Assembly: GCA_051362555.1 (NCBI GenBank)
Contig: CM120642.1
Location: 9,548,001-9,612,000, forward strand
Reading direction: 5' to 3'
Source of the DNA: Lingula anatina
Lineage: Eukaryota > Animalia > Brachiopoda
Length of the DNA: 64,000 bases
In this document: positions 51,201-64,000 of the stretch, piece after piece
How positions within the stretch are numbered: the first letter of the stretch is position 1
Layout: the number at the start of each line of letters is the position of its first letter
Position numbers and translations under genes: made by a program
The notes under the pieces: generated by a model
What the model was told of the DNA's origin: nothing
The model's input: the letters and a program-made list of their open reading frames with translations, nothing else
The model's database searches: none

Positions 51201-54200
51201 AAATCAGTCCATAACTTTTTGAGTTATGTTGATGACAAACAAACAGACAGACAGACAGAATGGGGTGAAAACATAACCTCCTTGGCAGAGGTAAAAAAGG
51301 GCATGTGAGGTTACATTTAGGACTAACATCAACATTTCATAAAGTCACATTAAAACAATACTTCATAGGCATGTCAAATTTTTCTACATTTTGTTGATTT
51401 CATCCTCTCTACCCCCCCCTCCCCCCCCAAAAAAAAAAAAAATAAAAAATAAATAAATAAATAAAAATAACACAAAGTATTTCCAGACAGAAAAAGATTC
51501 TTCTACCTTGTCACGTGGTATTTTCCGTGGAAGGTTGTCGCAGAAATCACATCTGATGGGGAACTTGGGGCAAATACCATTGTGGCTCTGAAGGAAAACA
51601 TTTAGTGTCAGTAAAATTTTAATTGCTTTCTATTGATAATTCATGGGAACATACAAGAATATAAAGGCTCTGTAAACAATGACAACTTTTACCTATCAAT
51701 GTATGTGGTAATGATATCTGTTGTTTGTCAAAAACATTACATGCATATTCTGCTTTAATCACCTTTCCTTTACTATTTTAAGTTAAACGGTTCTAAGAAT
51801 AAGACAGCAAAGGCATCAAATGTACAGATGGAACAAAGCGACAGAATCCAAACAGGCTGGTATTCCATCTCAAGTTGTGTTTAAGTCTAATGCATTATTT
51901 CTATAATAAGTAATGTGACAGTGCACAGAATTGAGTTGTTGTCAATTTTGCTGCAAAATTACATGATGCTTAACAGCATAACCATGACCATTTGTGTTTG
52001 TTTTCTACAAATAACATAGATATTTAGAAAATGTATCAAGCATAGGATTTTAAGCTCATGGATTTTCAAAGTCCTGCATGTAAATCTGGATATGTGAAAA
52101 ATTTGAGTTTCGCATAACTGCAAACTTTAAAGAAAAAAATGCATTTCTTCAAGACAAACAATCCAATAAGCCTGGTTTTCTAACTCACGCTGTATTTCAG
52201 TTTTAAGAATCATTTTTGGAAGTTTCAGAATAATAAATAACTTGGTTTTCCTTTAATGGTCTTTAAGATGTTTTTTTCATCAATTTTGATGCAATATTCA
52301 AAATGCTTAACAGCATATATTTACTGACAATTTTTAATTATGTACTGCACTTTAACATGGACATTCATAAAATGTGACAAGGAAAGGTCTGCAGGCCCAC
52401 TGAAGTTTAAAGTCACACCTTGGAAATGTCAACATGTTAAAAATGAACATTTTACACAGAAAAAATAGATAAACTCAAGAATAATAATCTGATCAGGTGG
52501 ATTTTCGAACTTGGCCTGTATTGTAGTAAAATTGGACAGATTTGCAAGTTTAAAGATAATAGGTTTTGTACTTAATTTGTTATCTGTTCAATCAAGCTGA
52601 TTTTTTAGCTTATTCTGTATTTTACTATTATTCATCAATTCTGCAAGTTTGAAGACAAGCCAGTTTCCAATTATTGTGTTATCTCTGAAGAAACACATGA
52701 CAATGAAGAAAACACAACTGTGTCAGACATTTAAAATTTCCATTTTCATATTACCTACATACCCAGTTGTCCTTAGCAATGAAAGTCTTGTTACAGTATC
52801 TACAAGGTACGGACCTCAATGGACACTTGTCTCGCTTGTGTTCTGTTAGAAAACGAGGTGACACTTCCTGTCCACAATCTGGACACTTAACCTGGCGATA
52901 TTCACAGGTTTTCTCATGATTCTGAAAATAATACATTAGTTTTATCAATTTAAAGTTTAATGGAAACGTGACCTGAAATAGATTTGCTCATTCTAAGATT
53001 AAGTAAACTTTCCCTTTCTGTGTGAATAGAGTCAAAATGTGCAAAAAGTATTAAACATAAATGTAGGAAATTACAAATTCATGTACAATGCATTCACTTC
53101 ACCTAAAAAGGTATCAAATAATATTAGCTAATATAAGTTCCTACATAATAGTAACTCTAACTTCAAATTTGAAATAAAATTTCGGCAGAGTTATGTATTA
53201 TTACTTTTCACCACAAAGGAAGAAATATTCCATTCATTCCCACATCCAAAGTAGCTAGAACTTTTAAATCATACCACAAAGAGCCCGAAACTTCCCTTTC
53301 CCTATCACTTCAAATTTTCAATGTCTTGACACAATCAGCATTATTTTGAAAAGAATTCTCACTCCCCACATTACTGCTCTCTATTTTGTTAACAAGATCA
53401 AGAGAAAAAAAACTTTTACTAAAGAATATGGAATTCACTGCATGAAAGTTACCTCAACTGTAAAGTTACCTTTCTGAAATCACTGAATGTGCCACGAAAG
53501 CTGCACCCATTGTTGCTATTGCTACATGTCACTATCAGTTCATCAAGCTCCTTTCTTGTAGCATTATCTGGAAATGTCTGAAAAATATGGAATCATTTTA
53601 GGTTTTATATTTACGGCCTTCAATGGATATCCATTCCTTTCGACACATATGCAGACATGCTGAAACTGTCGGTCCAATCGGTCATGACCAGGAAAATTTG
53701 TCTGGACCGGTAAAAAATTGGACGTGGTGGTCCAAAGGACCGACTAGAGTTTTAAGAGCCACACTTTTAAATTTATAGTCATCATTTGACATACTTCCCT
53801 AATAAAACTAGAGGATCAGAGAGGCGATACCGCCTCCGAATATTGTACCACCAGCTGGAGCAAGCGCATTCGTATAAACCCCCACATACACAAAATAAGG
53901 GACACAGCCACCAGTTTTGTGCTTGACAAGCTGTAAAAATGCAATCAACAAGAATTTTTAAACTATTGCAAAATATATATATATGGTACAATCAAATTTA
54001 AGTTCTTCGTAAGGTAGGTCAAGGGTCAATTTCAAGGCCACAGTAAATTGCCAGTATATGACTTCCTATTCAAGTTCAAGAGTAACTATGGACCTATCTC
54101 TGTCAAGTTTGAAGTTAAAAGAGAAAGAAATTAGCAGAGTTCAGTTCATGATAAAAAGTAGGTCAAAGGTCAATTTCAAGGTCACACTTAGATTGCCAGT

Positions 54201-57200
54201 ATAGGACTTCCTATTCAAGTTCAATAGTAACTATGGACATATCTCTGTCAGTTTTGAAGATAAAAGGAAAGCAAATTTTGCAAAATTCAGTTCATGGTGA
54301 AAAGTAGGTCAAAGGTCAATTTCAAGGTCACATTTAGATTGCCAGTATATGACTTTCTATTCAAGTTCAATAGTAACTATGGACCTATCTCTGCCAGTTT
54401 TGGAGATAAAAGGAAAACAAAATTTGCAAAGTTCAGTTCATGGTGAAAAGTAGGTCAAAGGTCAATTTTAAGGTCACATTTAGATTGCCAGTATATGACT
54501 TCCTATTCAAGTTCAATAGTAACTATGGACCTATCTCTGCCAGTTTTGGAGATAAAAGGAAAACAAAATTTGCAAAGTTCAGTTCATGGTGAAAAGTAGG
54601 TCAAAGGTCAATTTTAATGTCACATTTATATTGCCAGTATATGACTTCCTATTCAAGTTCAATAGTAACTATGGACCTATCTCTGCCAGTTTTGGAGATA
54701 AAAGGAAAGCAAAATTTGCAAAGTTCAGTTCATGGTGAAAATTAGGTCAAAGGTCAATTTTAAGGTCACATTTAGATTGCCAGTATATGACTTCCTATTC
54801 AAGTTCAATAGTAGCTATGGACCTATCTCTGCCAGTTTTGGAGATAAAAGGGAAGCAAAATTTGCAAAGTTCAGTTTATGGTGAAAAGTAGGTCAAAGGT
54901 CAATTTTAAGGTCACATTTAGATTGCCAGTATATGACTTCCTATTCAAGTTCAATAGTAACTACGGACCTATCTCTGCCAGTTTTGGAGATAAAAGGAAA
55001 GTAAAATTTGCAAAATTCAGTTCATGGTGTAAAGTAGGTCAAAGGTCAATTTTAAGGTCACATTTAGATTGCCAGTATATGACTTCCTATTCAACTTCAA
55101 TAGTAACTATGGACCTATCTCTGCCAGTTTTGGAGATAAAAGGGAAGAAAAATTTGCAAAGTTCAGTTCATGGTGAAAAGTAGGTCAAAGGTCAATTTTA
55201 AGGTCACATATAGATTGCCAGTATATGACTTCCTATTCAAGTTCAATAGTAACTACGGACCTATCTCTGCCAGTTTTGGAGATAAAAGGGAAGCAAAATT
55301 TGCAAAGTTCAGTTCATGGTTATAAGTAGGTCAAAGGTCAATTTTAAGGTCACATTTAGATTGCCAGTATATGACTTCCTATTCAAGTTTAATAGTAACT
55401 ATGGACCTATCTCTGCCAGTTTTGGAGATAAAAGGAAAGCAAAATTTGCAAAATTCAGTTCATGGTGAAAAGTAGGTCAAAGGTCAATTTTAAGGTCATA
55501 TTTAGATTACCAGGATATGACTTTTTATTCAAGTTCAATAGTAACTATGGGCCTATCTCTGCCAGTTTTGGAGATAAAAGGGAAGAAAAATTTGCAAAGT
55601 TCAGTTCATGGTGAAAAGTAGGTCAAAGGTCAATTTTAAGGTCACATTTAGATTGCCAGTATATGACTTCCTATTCAAGTTCAATAGTAACTACGGACCT
55701 ATCTCTGCCAGTTTTGGAGATAAAAGGAAAGCAAAATTTGCAAAGTTCAATTCATGGTGAAAAGTAGGTCAAAGATTAATTTTAAGATCACATTATAATT
55801 GCCAGTATATGACTTCCTATTCAAGTTCAATTGTAACTATGGACCTATCTCTGCCAGTTTTGGAGATAAAAGGGAAGCAAAATTTGCAAAGTTCAGATCA
55901 TGGTGAAAAGTAGGTCAAAGGTCAATTTCAAGGTCACAGTAAGATTGCCAGTATATGACTTCCTATTCAACTTCAATAGTAACTATGGACCTATTTCTGC
56001 CAGTTTTGGAGATATAAGGGACTTAATGTTATAATTTTGGAGTTACCATAATGTGCCTTAAATTTCGTACAGAAAAAATTAATTAAAATAAAGAAAATGT
56101 CATTTTGATCAAAATTCTTGAAATAGGAGGTGCTCTGAAGTTTCAGAAGTTCAAATTTGATGAAATAATGTCATTTTCTAACACAAGTTGTCTGCTTTGC
56201 CAAGCCTTATGTTTTATTTTTCCAGAGTTCAAAATTTATTATCCATTACCGTACTGTACATTTTGCTTTTACCACCAATATGTACTTTTTGATACAGCGT
56301 AACTCGAAAACCGTATGGAATACAAAAAAACCGAGACCACCCCCAGTGTTGGGCTTAACATGCTCTACAAAATGCAAAAAAGAATGGGTCTCTAGCATTA
56401 ACGGTTCCCGAATTAGAGACAGTTTTCAGTTTCGGTATCTTATGGCCGCTACTCCCGTGAAAATGCACCGATTGACCCCAAATTCATGGAGATGAAAGAT
56501 GACCTGAAGGGTAACACTTTCCAATAATATTATTGGTTAAGTCTGTGTGGTCTCTGAATAACAGGGCAAAAAAAATTTTTTTCGTAAAAAATTTCATTTT
56601 TTTGAAAATTTTGGCCCATTTGACCTTGAAGTAAAGGTCAAAGGTCAAATCCAAGGGTATATTTGAAATCTACACATATGACTTTTGGAAAGCCGTCTAT
56701 AGAAATTTTTCCCATAACTCCTTCCGTAGGGTAGATAATAAGCATTTAATTTTGCCATTTTTAGACAAGGGTGCATTGCAATGAGTGCCACACCCAGACC
56801 CCAATACCGACAAAGCCCAAATTTTACGTGGAACGAGTTGAGATTATAGGTGACCTAAATCCATGAGATGGGTATGGGGGCCCTTACCGTCTAGGAGGAG
56901 AAGCGGTAACGGTAGCCGTCCGGCGGAGCCGGCGGAGCCAACGGAGCCGGCGGAGCCGGCGGAACGATCCGGACGGGACCGAAACTATGTGTACCGCCAG
57001 CGCTAACGCTGGTGGTACAATTATATCAAACCCAAAGCGTTTTTTCCCTTCCATTTCAAACCTATCACATGCACAAACAAAGTAAGCTACCTAATCATAC
57101 TGGTAGTATCTGTCTCAAACGAATAGGGTTATTTTTGGTCTGACAAAAATCCATTCAGTCAAGCAAATTTTTCATTACTGCCAGTCCAAATGTCTGGCCA

Positions 57201-60200
57201 CTCTGAAAAGTTTTCAGCACGTCTGCAAATGATATGCTTTTAAATAAACAGCCAACGATTTTTCTAAGATAAAAAAAAAGGATACTTCAAAATTGCTACT
57301 TTTTACTGCTTTAACTCCCTATTTTAGACATTTAATAAAGTAGCAATGTATAACTGGAAAACAATTTTCTATCTTTTTAAGCAACAAGTTGCCAGAAATT
57401 TAAGCATGATTACTTGTCAAAGTTGGCATGGTGAAAGTTGGACAAATTGTAGACAATGTTCAGGCCTGTTCAAACCGTACACTCATGAAAATGTTTTTAT
57501 TCAAGAAAAAAATGTAAATTGACTTGAAACAAAATAAGATACTGTTGTACTACATGCATATACAGGTAGGCCCTTTAAAATAATGCAAGCATGAAAACAT
57601 ATTTTTGCTCTGTTTACTAATTACATGAAAACTTTAATGGCAAAACCCAAAGAAAGTCACGTGTAATCATCACAGGGAAAATGATAAGAATTATGCGGCA
57701 ATGTTTAACAAATAAATATAATATAATGAAAATAATCAAAAGCAATCATGTAATCATTAAAGGTGGGTGTGCTGATACTTAAGACCAAAGTTAGGAACTC
57801 CAAAAATATTACTGACTACATACTAGCCTGCATGCTTAAGTAATTATAATCATAAAATCACAGGAAGAAAACATTGTGCCTAAAACCAAGTCACAGGATG
57901 ATCTTTGGCATTATAAGCCTCTAAATTCTACAAAATATCAAGTAATAATAAATAGGCCTTGCATTAGGACTTTTTGTATTGTATATTTTACATTAATTAT
58001 TACTGAAGGTTCTAATAATAACCAAGAAGTCTTTACTAAAAAAAATCAATTTTTACGAGATTACAATTGTTTGGTACCATTGCCTTGCTTTCAAAAAATT
58101 AGAACCTGTGCTCCAAACACATAAGTAGATGTTAAAAATTTATATTGACCAATATCTCCCACACATAAGAATATCCCCACTGAATTACCTTCAATTAACC
58201 TTCCTCAATTTTAAATGCATTTTGCAGTATCGTTTTCAATCTGCCAACTGGACCATTTTATGTATAAGAGTGGAATAGGGGTGAAAAATTTCCTTGGAGC
58301 AACACACAACAATATAAATACAATGGGATTCCTTTATAATGAAGGCAAAATAAATTATATTCTATGCAAAGTAGGATGGATTTACTGTTCATACGTACAA
58401 TCCACAGAACATTTCCAATATATTTTATCAAAATGACACCAGAGTGCAAATTAAATCAAATCAAAGGGACAGTAAACACGGGCAGGCTTTGTCACATTTC
58501 AACATTTGTTTATTTCAATCAGCGCTATTCGCGCATGCGCAGTCATTTGACTCCTGTGCCAATTATACTCAAATGTTGATTATCAGCCAAACAGACCTCC
58601 GCAGGTTACTTAATTTTTATGAGTCAGTTGGAATTAAAGAGAAATAAAATCAACACTCTAACAAATAAAAAGAACAAAAAATGTTTTGGTGTGTAAAAAG
58701 AACTCCTATAATTTTATACTGAAATGCTAGGTCGCATGCTGTATGTTTACACAATTTCTGACAAAGTTTATCTTTCTGCATAGGTAAACATGGAGTGTAG
58801 AAGTAGGTCAAATAGATTGTATTGACCTAGCTTTTGTAATTTGTACTTCGGTATGGCATATGGTGGTAGAAATCAATAGATGAGTAAGCTGCAAACTGCC
58901 ACAGTATGCACAACTCCATCTGCCAAACGTAGTCCCATTTCCATTTAAGAAATATACATACAGGACATACTAATTAATTTAAGATTTTATTAGGTTGAAC
59001 AAGAATGAATAAGCAATGTCTTTCTTGTACTATACTAGTATTGATAAGTTTATGTTGAGTATATCTACTTGGCTTATTGTATCTGTGTTAAAAGAGACTT
59101 ACATCCACAAATATTAAATTTGCTGCAAGTACATGTATCAAATGTTGTCCAGAATCAGTACATGAGTTTTGCAGGGACATATATTCAAAATCCAAGTATG
59201 GGAGAATGATCTCAATATTTTTTTTGGCTATTTCGGTTGTTTATGGTAAAGATGGTTGAACGGATCTATAAAATTTCTAAAACATGTATATGGATCAAAC
59301 ATGGCTATCATGGACAGACAGATCAATGTCTTGTTGGCCATTTGCCAGCCACCTAAAAGCATTCAACAACTTAAAAAGCCTTGCAGTACATTCAGGTTTC
59401 CTGCAAAATATTGTCCGTAACTAAACAATTAACTGAAGGGCCAAAGGGCCAAACAAAAATAAATTTGCAGAATGGCAACCAGGGTTTCAGATGCTCATTA
59501 TTCTAAGCATTAAAGCAGAAAAATGTAAAGAATTCATTAAAATGGATTTTAAAATGTAAAGCTATGAATCTATAGTAAACATTAATTTATTCAAATGGAC
59601 CTCACATTTCTTTTGACAAAATAATCAATGACTGAAACAAAAGTGGCAATTCAAAAGCAGTTTCAACCATAAAATAGCAATTGATTTAGAAGAGTTTTAT
59701 TTATTGCACGATTGTTTTTCAGTTCGCGTTTCCTTATACTCTCGAAAAGGCATAAGCGCATGCGCATTGGACCAGGCTACAAGCTTGCCGCCATTTTTGG
59801 AGGAAGACTTTTCATCTAAGATATTAAATATTTCCTTCCTTACATACAGCCTGTCTCATGACTTTGCAGGTATGTCAAGAAGCAGTTGTTAAACAATGAA
59901 TGGGCTGAAACATGAGCAAGGGAAGTAATCATCATGCTTATGTTTCTTTTATGCCATACCTGGTCCTTATCGAGGGCTGAATCATCTCCTTCAGCTAAAC
60001 ATGCCGGGCAACTTGTAGTACAAAGGGAACTGTTTTAAAGAAAATAATATAACTGAAAAATTGATGGGTTTATAACATACTGGGTGAGTAGGGCTGTTCT
60101 ACATTGTACTTTAAGTACTAAATCATTTGCAAGCAGCTACTCTCAGCAACATCTTGACCCCATGAATTAAAATTTTCAAAGATATTAAAATACTTGAGGA

Positions 60201-61079
60201 TTACAGAGGCATTACATCCTCTTGGCATTGTACCACCAGCAGGAGTAGGTCATTTCAAGTTAAAGGGAAGGTATGGATGTATTCATGTTAGTTGTGGAGA
60301 CACAGGGTTGAATAAATGTGGTGAGAGTATTTTATTAGGATAAGTAGGATAAAGGTCAAATTCGAGCATAGATGAAGATGGTCAATGTGTAATTATAAAA
60401 TATGCAATTTTTTGTAAGAGTTGTAAATGTATATAGGGTATAGTGTTTTCCATCATGTTAAATGTATGCACTAGATGTTCATATTGCATCAAGTGGAAGT
60501 GCCAATAATCAATATGTAAGTGGTGACAGGAAATGTTTGAAAATAGTAGATGTTTGGAATTATGAGTAGACTGTTGTTTTGAGTGGTTGTGGATTGTTGG
60601 AGTACCTTGATTGATGTTAGGACTTATTGCCTAAATAGTGAAAAGTGTTAGCTACTAGGTAATTTATGGAGATTGGGTTTCAGTGACTTGAAAAAGGGGG
60701 AAGCAGACAGTGAGTGTGAAAGTGGACATTTAATGTGAAAGTATAAGTATTTACACGAAATGTTGTTTACAGTGGACTTTTTTTTTGGGGGGGGGGGGGG
60801 TGGGGGAGAGCCCAAATGATGTTCTGTTTGAATTATTAAAATGTGCTTGTTATGCATTTGCTATGGTTAAATACAGCATGAAATGAAAACTAAGTGAGAG
60901 ATGGAATTCAAGGCCACATTTGAATTCCAATATGTGGCTACTCCTATTTAAGGTGAGAAGTAACAATGAACATATCTCTGCCAGTTTTGGAGACATAAAG
61001 GTAGGAAGTTTTGCAAAGGGCAGTTCATGGTGGAGAGTAGGAAAAAGTTCAAATTCAAATCAAGGTCACAGTAAGATAA

Positions 61080-61139
<60 letters not shown>

Positions 61140-62422
61140 TGCCTATTCAAGTTCAATAGTAAATACTACAGTAAGGTCATCTCAGCCTGCAAGGATCGGA
61201 AAATTTGCAAATCCAGTTCATGATGAAAACTACTTCAAATTAAAGATCACAGTAAAATAGCCAATTTATAATTTCCTATTCAATTCACTAGTAACTATGG
61301 ATGCATCTCAGCCAGTTTTGATGATTGAAGAGTCTGAAAATGTGCAAAGTCCAGGTCATTGTGAAACGTAGGTCAAAGGTCAAATTCAAGGTCACAGTAA
61401 GATTGCCAATATATAACATCCTATTTAAGTCCAACAGTAACTTTGAGCATATCTCTGCCAGTTTTGGAATATTTCACATTTAATTTTCACCATTGAACAG
61501 TGTGATGTATTTTTTGATCCAGGTGGAAAAATGGAAACAGTGTTGCACTTAAAGTTGCAACAAACAAAAGGTCTCTGGCTTTCGTGGTTTAAGATATTAC
61601 AAAGAATTTGCAGTTTTAACATGTATTGCATTGGCTACTTCTCCTGTGAAAATGCACCAAATGACCCCAAACTCAGGAAGATGAAAGGAGACCCTACAGG
61701 TAACTCCTTAATATAATATGAAAGTTTAGGTCCCTGTTGTTTCTAAAACTTGACAAAAATAAAGGTCAAAAGTCAAATCCAAGGGCATATTTGAAATATC
61801 CACACGTCAATTTTCCATTGCAACTTTTCCCATAATTCCTTATTTAGCATTTATTTTCCAAAAATTTGGAAAAGGGGGCATTGCAAAAAAAAAAAAAAAG
61901 CCACAAATTGGCCAATGCACCAAAAGATTCTAAAACTAGGTGAATCAAGTTGAGATAATATGTGACCTTAACCCAAGAGATGGTAACACAGGCCCTTCTA
62001 GTCTAGGAAGAGAAGCAGTTATGGTGACATTGTGGCAGAGTCGGTGGATAAAACGGGTTAGGACTAAAACTGAATGTACCCCCAGCGCTTACGCTGGTGG
62101 TATAATAATCACACTTTTTAAGACTGTTAAATCCACTAAATAAATTCATATCACAGACCATGTTATATAAAACATTAAAATGTTCATCCAACAATTAACC
62201 TATAAATGTTTCAAATTAGAATTAAATGTACAGTATATTATACCTAATAAGTCCATGAAAGCATCCTTTACAATATCTGTGGCCACAGAAGGACTGTATG
62301 GGGTCATTCAACACTTCTTCACAGTGAGTGCAGAGGTACTTTTTATCTAGGCTCGGACCAACAAAAATACTCTGAGGGTATCCATGTTTTACAGAAGGTT
62401 CGAAAATTCCTCCGGTTGCCAT
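48203..62422 (-). CDS. TRAF2: TNF receptor-associated factor 2-like (RING, zinc fingers, coiled coil, MATH)
   Basis: Frame-consistent exons 62422-62244, 60029-59960, 53577-53470, 52921-52763, 51587-51507, 50444-50379, 49897-49753, 49550-49056, 48600-48203. RING: KYLCTHCEEVLNDPIQSFCGHRYCKGC...CPAC, then FPDNATRKE and TRAF-type zinc fingers. Coiled coil: FEGIVAVLNREVEK. MATH: DGILIWKISDF...YSPSFYT...GYKMCCRIYLNGDG...LFFVVMRG..DALLRWPF.QKVTFMLLDQNNREHIIDAFRPDPTSSSF.RP...MNIASGCPLF. Closest to the TRAF2/TRAF1 group. Confidence 0.92.
51061..51294. mobile_element. HINE-like element, reverse orientation relative to the 11463 copy
   Basis: aactagaaaagcactc...gccaagg...ccataactttttgagttatgttg...(acag)n...ccttggcagaggtaa. 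Confidence 0.75.
53806..57022 (+). mobile_element. Non-autonomous Helentron/HINE (pearl/CvA-like) element carrying a satellite array, in a TRAF2 intron
   Basis: Starts aactagag; subterminal IR ttgtaccaccagc (~53842) pairs with gctggtggtacaa (~57008-57020). Tandem core repeats, cggagccgg microsatellite (~56920-56965) and 3' palindrome gtaccgccagcg-ctaa-cgctggtggtac. Confidence 0.8.
54014..56020 (+). repeat. 146-bp tandem satellite, ~14 units
   Basis: gtaggtcaaaggtcaattt recurs at 54304, 54450, 54596 and onward to 55910, spacing 146 bp. Confidence 0.95.
60200..62106 (+). mobile_element. Older, degenerate copy of the same Helentron-like element
   Basis: ttgtaccaccagc at ~60228, diverged 146-bp-type units at ~60900-61470, and 3' palindrome gtacccccagcgcttacgctggtggta at ~62076-62102. 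Confidence 0.75.
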
Positions 62423-62986
62423 TACAATACATTGTACTTGTACCAAATTTAAGGCTAAAATCTGAAATAAGATGTAAAAAAACATATACTAGTAGCTAGT
62501 TCAATTATAATAAATAGAGGTACACCAAACAAAATCATACTCCAGAAGCAAACGGAACATGCACTATTTTCTATAAAATTAAAATGTCCTCTGCAGAATC
62601 ATGTTGTCATTTACATCATTACCCCCAACCATTTTTAACTGGTTTATCAAATCCCTCCGCATTCAAATAAGTGAGAACTGCTCTTGAAAACCTGTTTGTG
62701 TGAGAGAGAGCATGTAAGTGTGATTTGGGGGGGGGGGGGGGGGGTAATTAAGAATACTTAGCACTAGAAGCTCTGAACATATAAAGTAACATATAAAATG
62801 TTTAAGGAGAAGGACTAACAGGGAAACTTTATTATGCCCCACCCTAAACTACTATGAGCCTATCCAAATTAAAAATTTACACCCACTGCCTGCAAATAAA
62901 AAGGGATAGGTACACAAATGTCACTTCCTCCTTAGATGCCCAGCACATGGTAATCTCTAATGCCTGTTCATAAGTAACATGATATA

Positions 62987-63673
62987 TACACTCAGTGAAA
63001 CGCAACACTCAATTCTGGGAGTTTTTTTATTTAGTTATTATTATTATTATTATTATTTTTTTTTTTTGGAGGGGGGCAGAATAATTTTATATTTGAGACC
63101 CGCCAGTTTTAGATGGGCCGTACATCCATTTCTTATCCTTAGGCCAACTTTTTAGGCATTTACACATTTTTGAGTCCAATAACACAAACAAAACAATAGA
63201 GCAACCCCCCCCCCCCCCCCCTCCCAAACCAAAAGTGACAGGAACTGCATCATACTGTCAATAGTTCATGTGACCCCCGTTGGCATCCTGGACAACGGTT
63301 ATTCCTCGCCTCATGGATCAGCAGTAGTGCCTGAGTTGATCCTATGGAATCGCCACTCGTTCTTCCACTAGTGCTGCCCTCTCTTGAGTTTCAGGAGGAT
63401 GTTCACATCGGCGGACACGCAAACAAAGCAGATCCCATACATTTTCATTGGGATTTAAGTTGCGACTATTGACCATATGATGCAATACCTCTCACTTTTG
63501 GTTTGGGGGGCCAGGGGGTGCTCTATTGTTTGGTCGTGTTATTGGACTGAAAAATATGTTAACGTCGAAAATTTGGCCTAAGGATTAGAAATGGATGTAG
63601 GGTTCATATAAAACTGGCGGATCTCAAAAAACTCCCAAAACTTAGTGTTGCGTTTCTTTTTTTCCTTGAGTAT
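62987..63673 (-). mobile_element. Internally deleted Tc1-family transposon
   Basis: TIRs tacactca..gaaacgcaacact / agtgttgcgtttc..tgagtata. The minus strand at ~63260-63475 encodes SRNLNPNENVWDLL..RVRR...ALVEE...SMRR...ANGGHMNY*, the Tc1 SPDLNPIE.VW...GG.T.Y C-terminus, with stops. Confidence 0.75.
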
Positions 63674-64000
63674 ATTATCATGTTGCACACATTTTTGTAA
63701 CTGTTCTGGTATTTAGTCTAAACATTACAGTTTAAATGATTTCATTGGGATCTTTACTGTGCCTTGCCTGTGAAAGTTGTTTTATTGGGGCAACTGTGCT
63801 CCCCCCCTCCCAGGCACAGCCCCGTTGTGGAATCCACGCTCGGCTGTCACCTTGATTGGATAGTAAACGATTGTCGTAAAACCGCTAAATGATATTAAAA
63901 CCGGGTGCATAAACTTGAAAACCACCTAGGACAACCTTAGACTGCCACATTAATCCAATACAATGCAAAAATAAACTATAACAAGTGGTTAAAGCCTTCA

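Larger units (their letters stand above)
53652..57225. mobile_element. Small TIR element split by the nested Helentron-like insertion
   Basis: Inverted termini cagacatgctgaaa (53652) and tttcagcacgtctg (57225) enclose the 53806-57022 element. Confidence 0.5.

Noticed and set aside
53450-53470. Second tandem donor (gag|gtaact) 17 nt downstream of the TRAF2 exon donor
   Set aside because: It would shift the frame relative to the next exon; no evidence of use.
54878-55183. 101-aa ORF in the TRAF2 intron
   Set aside because: Translation of the 146-bp satellite.

Overview
AT-rich, intron-containing eukaryotic DNA, probably from an invertebrate (repeat style suggests a lophotrochozoan; the species cannot be assigned from sequence). 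Two conserved multi-exon genes converge tail-to-tail. On + is a Polycomb-like gene (Pcl/PHF19/MTF2: Tudor, PHD1, PHD2, winged helix, C-terminal chromo-like; ~620-9819). On - is a complete TRAF2-like gene (RING, zinc fingers, coiled coil, MATH; 62422-48203). Between them is a ~24 kb birth-and-death array of short, divergent, RING-less TRAF-domain genes, all co-oriented with TRAF2: 4 intact ORFs in two subfamilies (here A and B) and 4 pseudogenes. Most copies use a 5-nt ATG-AG first coding exon, and one B copy has a signal-peptide-like N-terminus. The array also carries captured copies of the 3' ends of both flanking genes. Other notable items are a 38-bp tandem repeat that amplifies a Pcl PHD1 exon/donor junction and is interrupted by a solo LTR, a Helentron/HINE-like element with a 146-bp satellite in a TRAF2 intron, a Tx1/L1 relic, a Tc1 relic and several MITEs. 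Exon boundaries were read by eye from GT-AG sites and frame continuity; no database searches were run.
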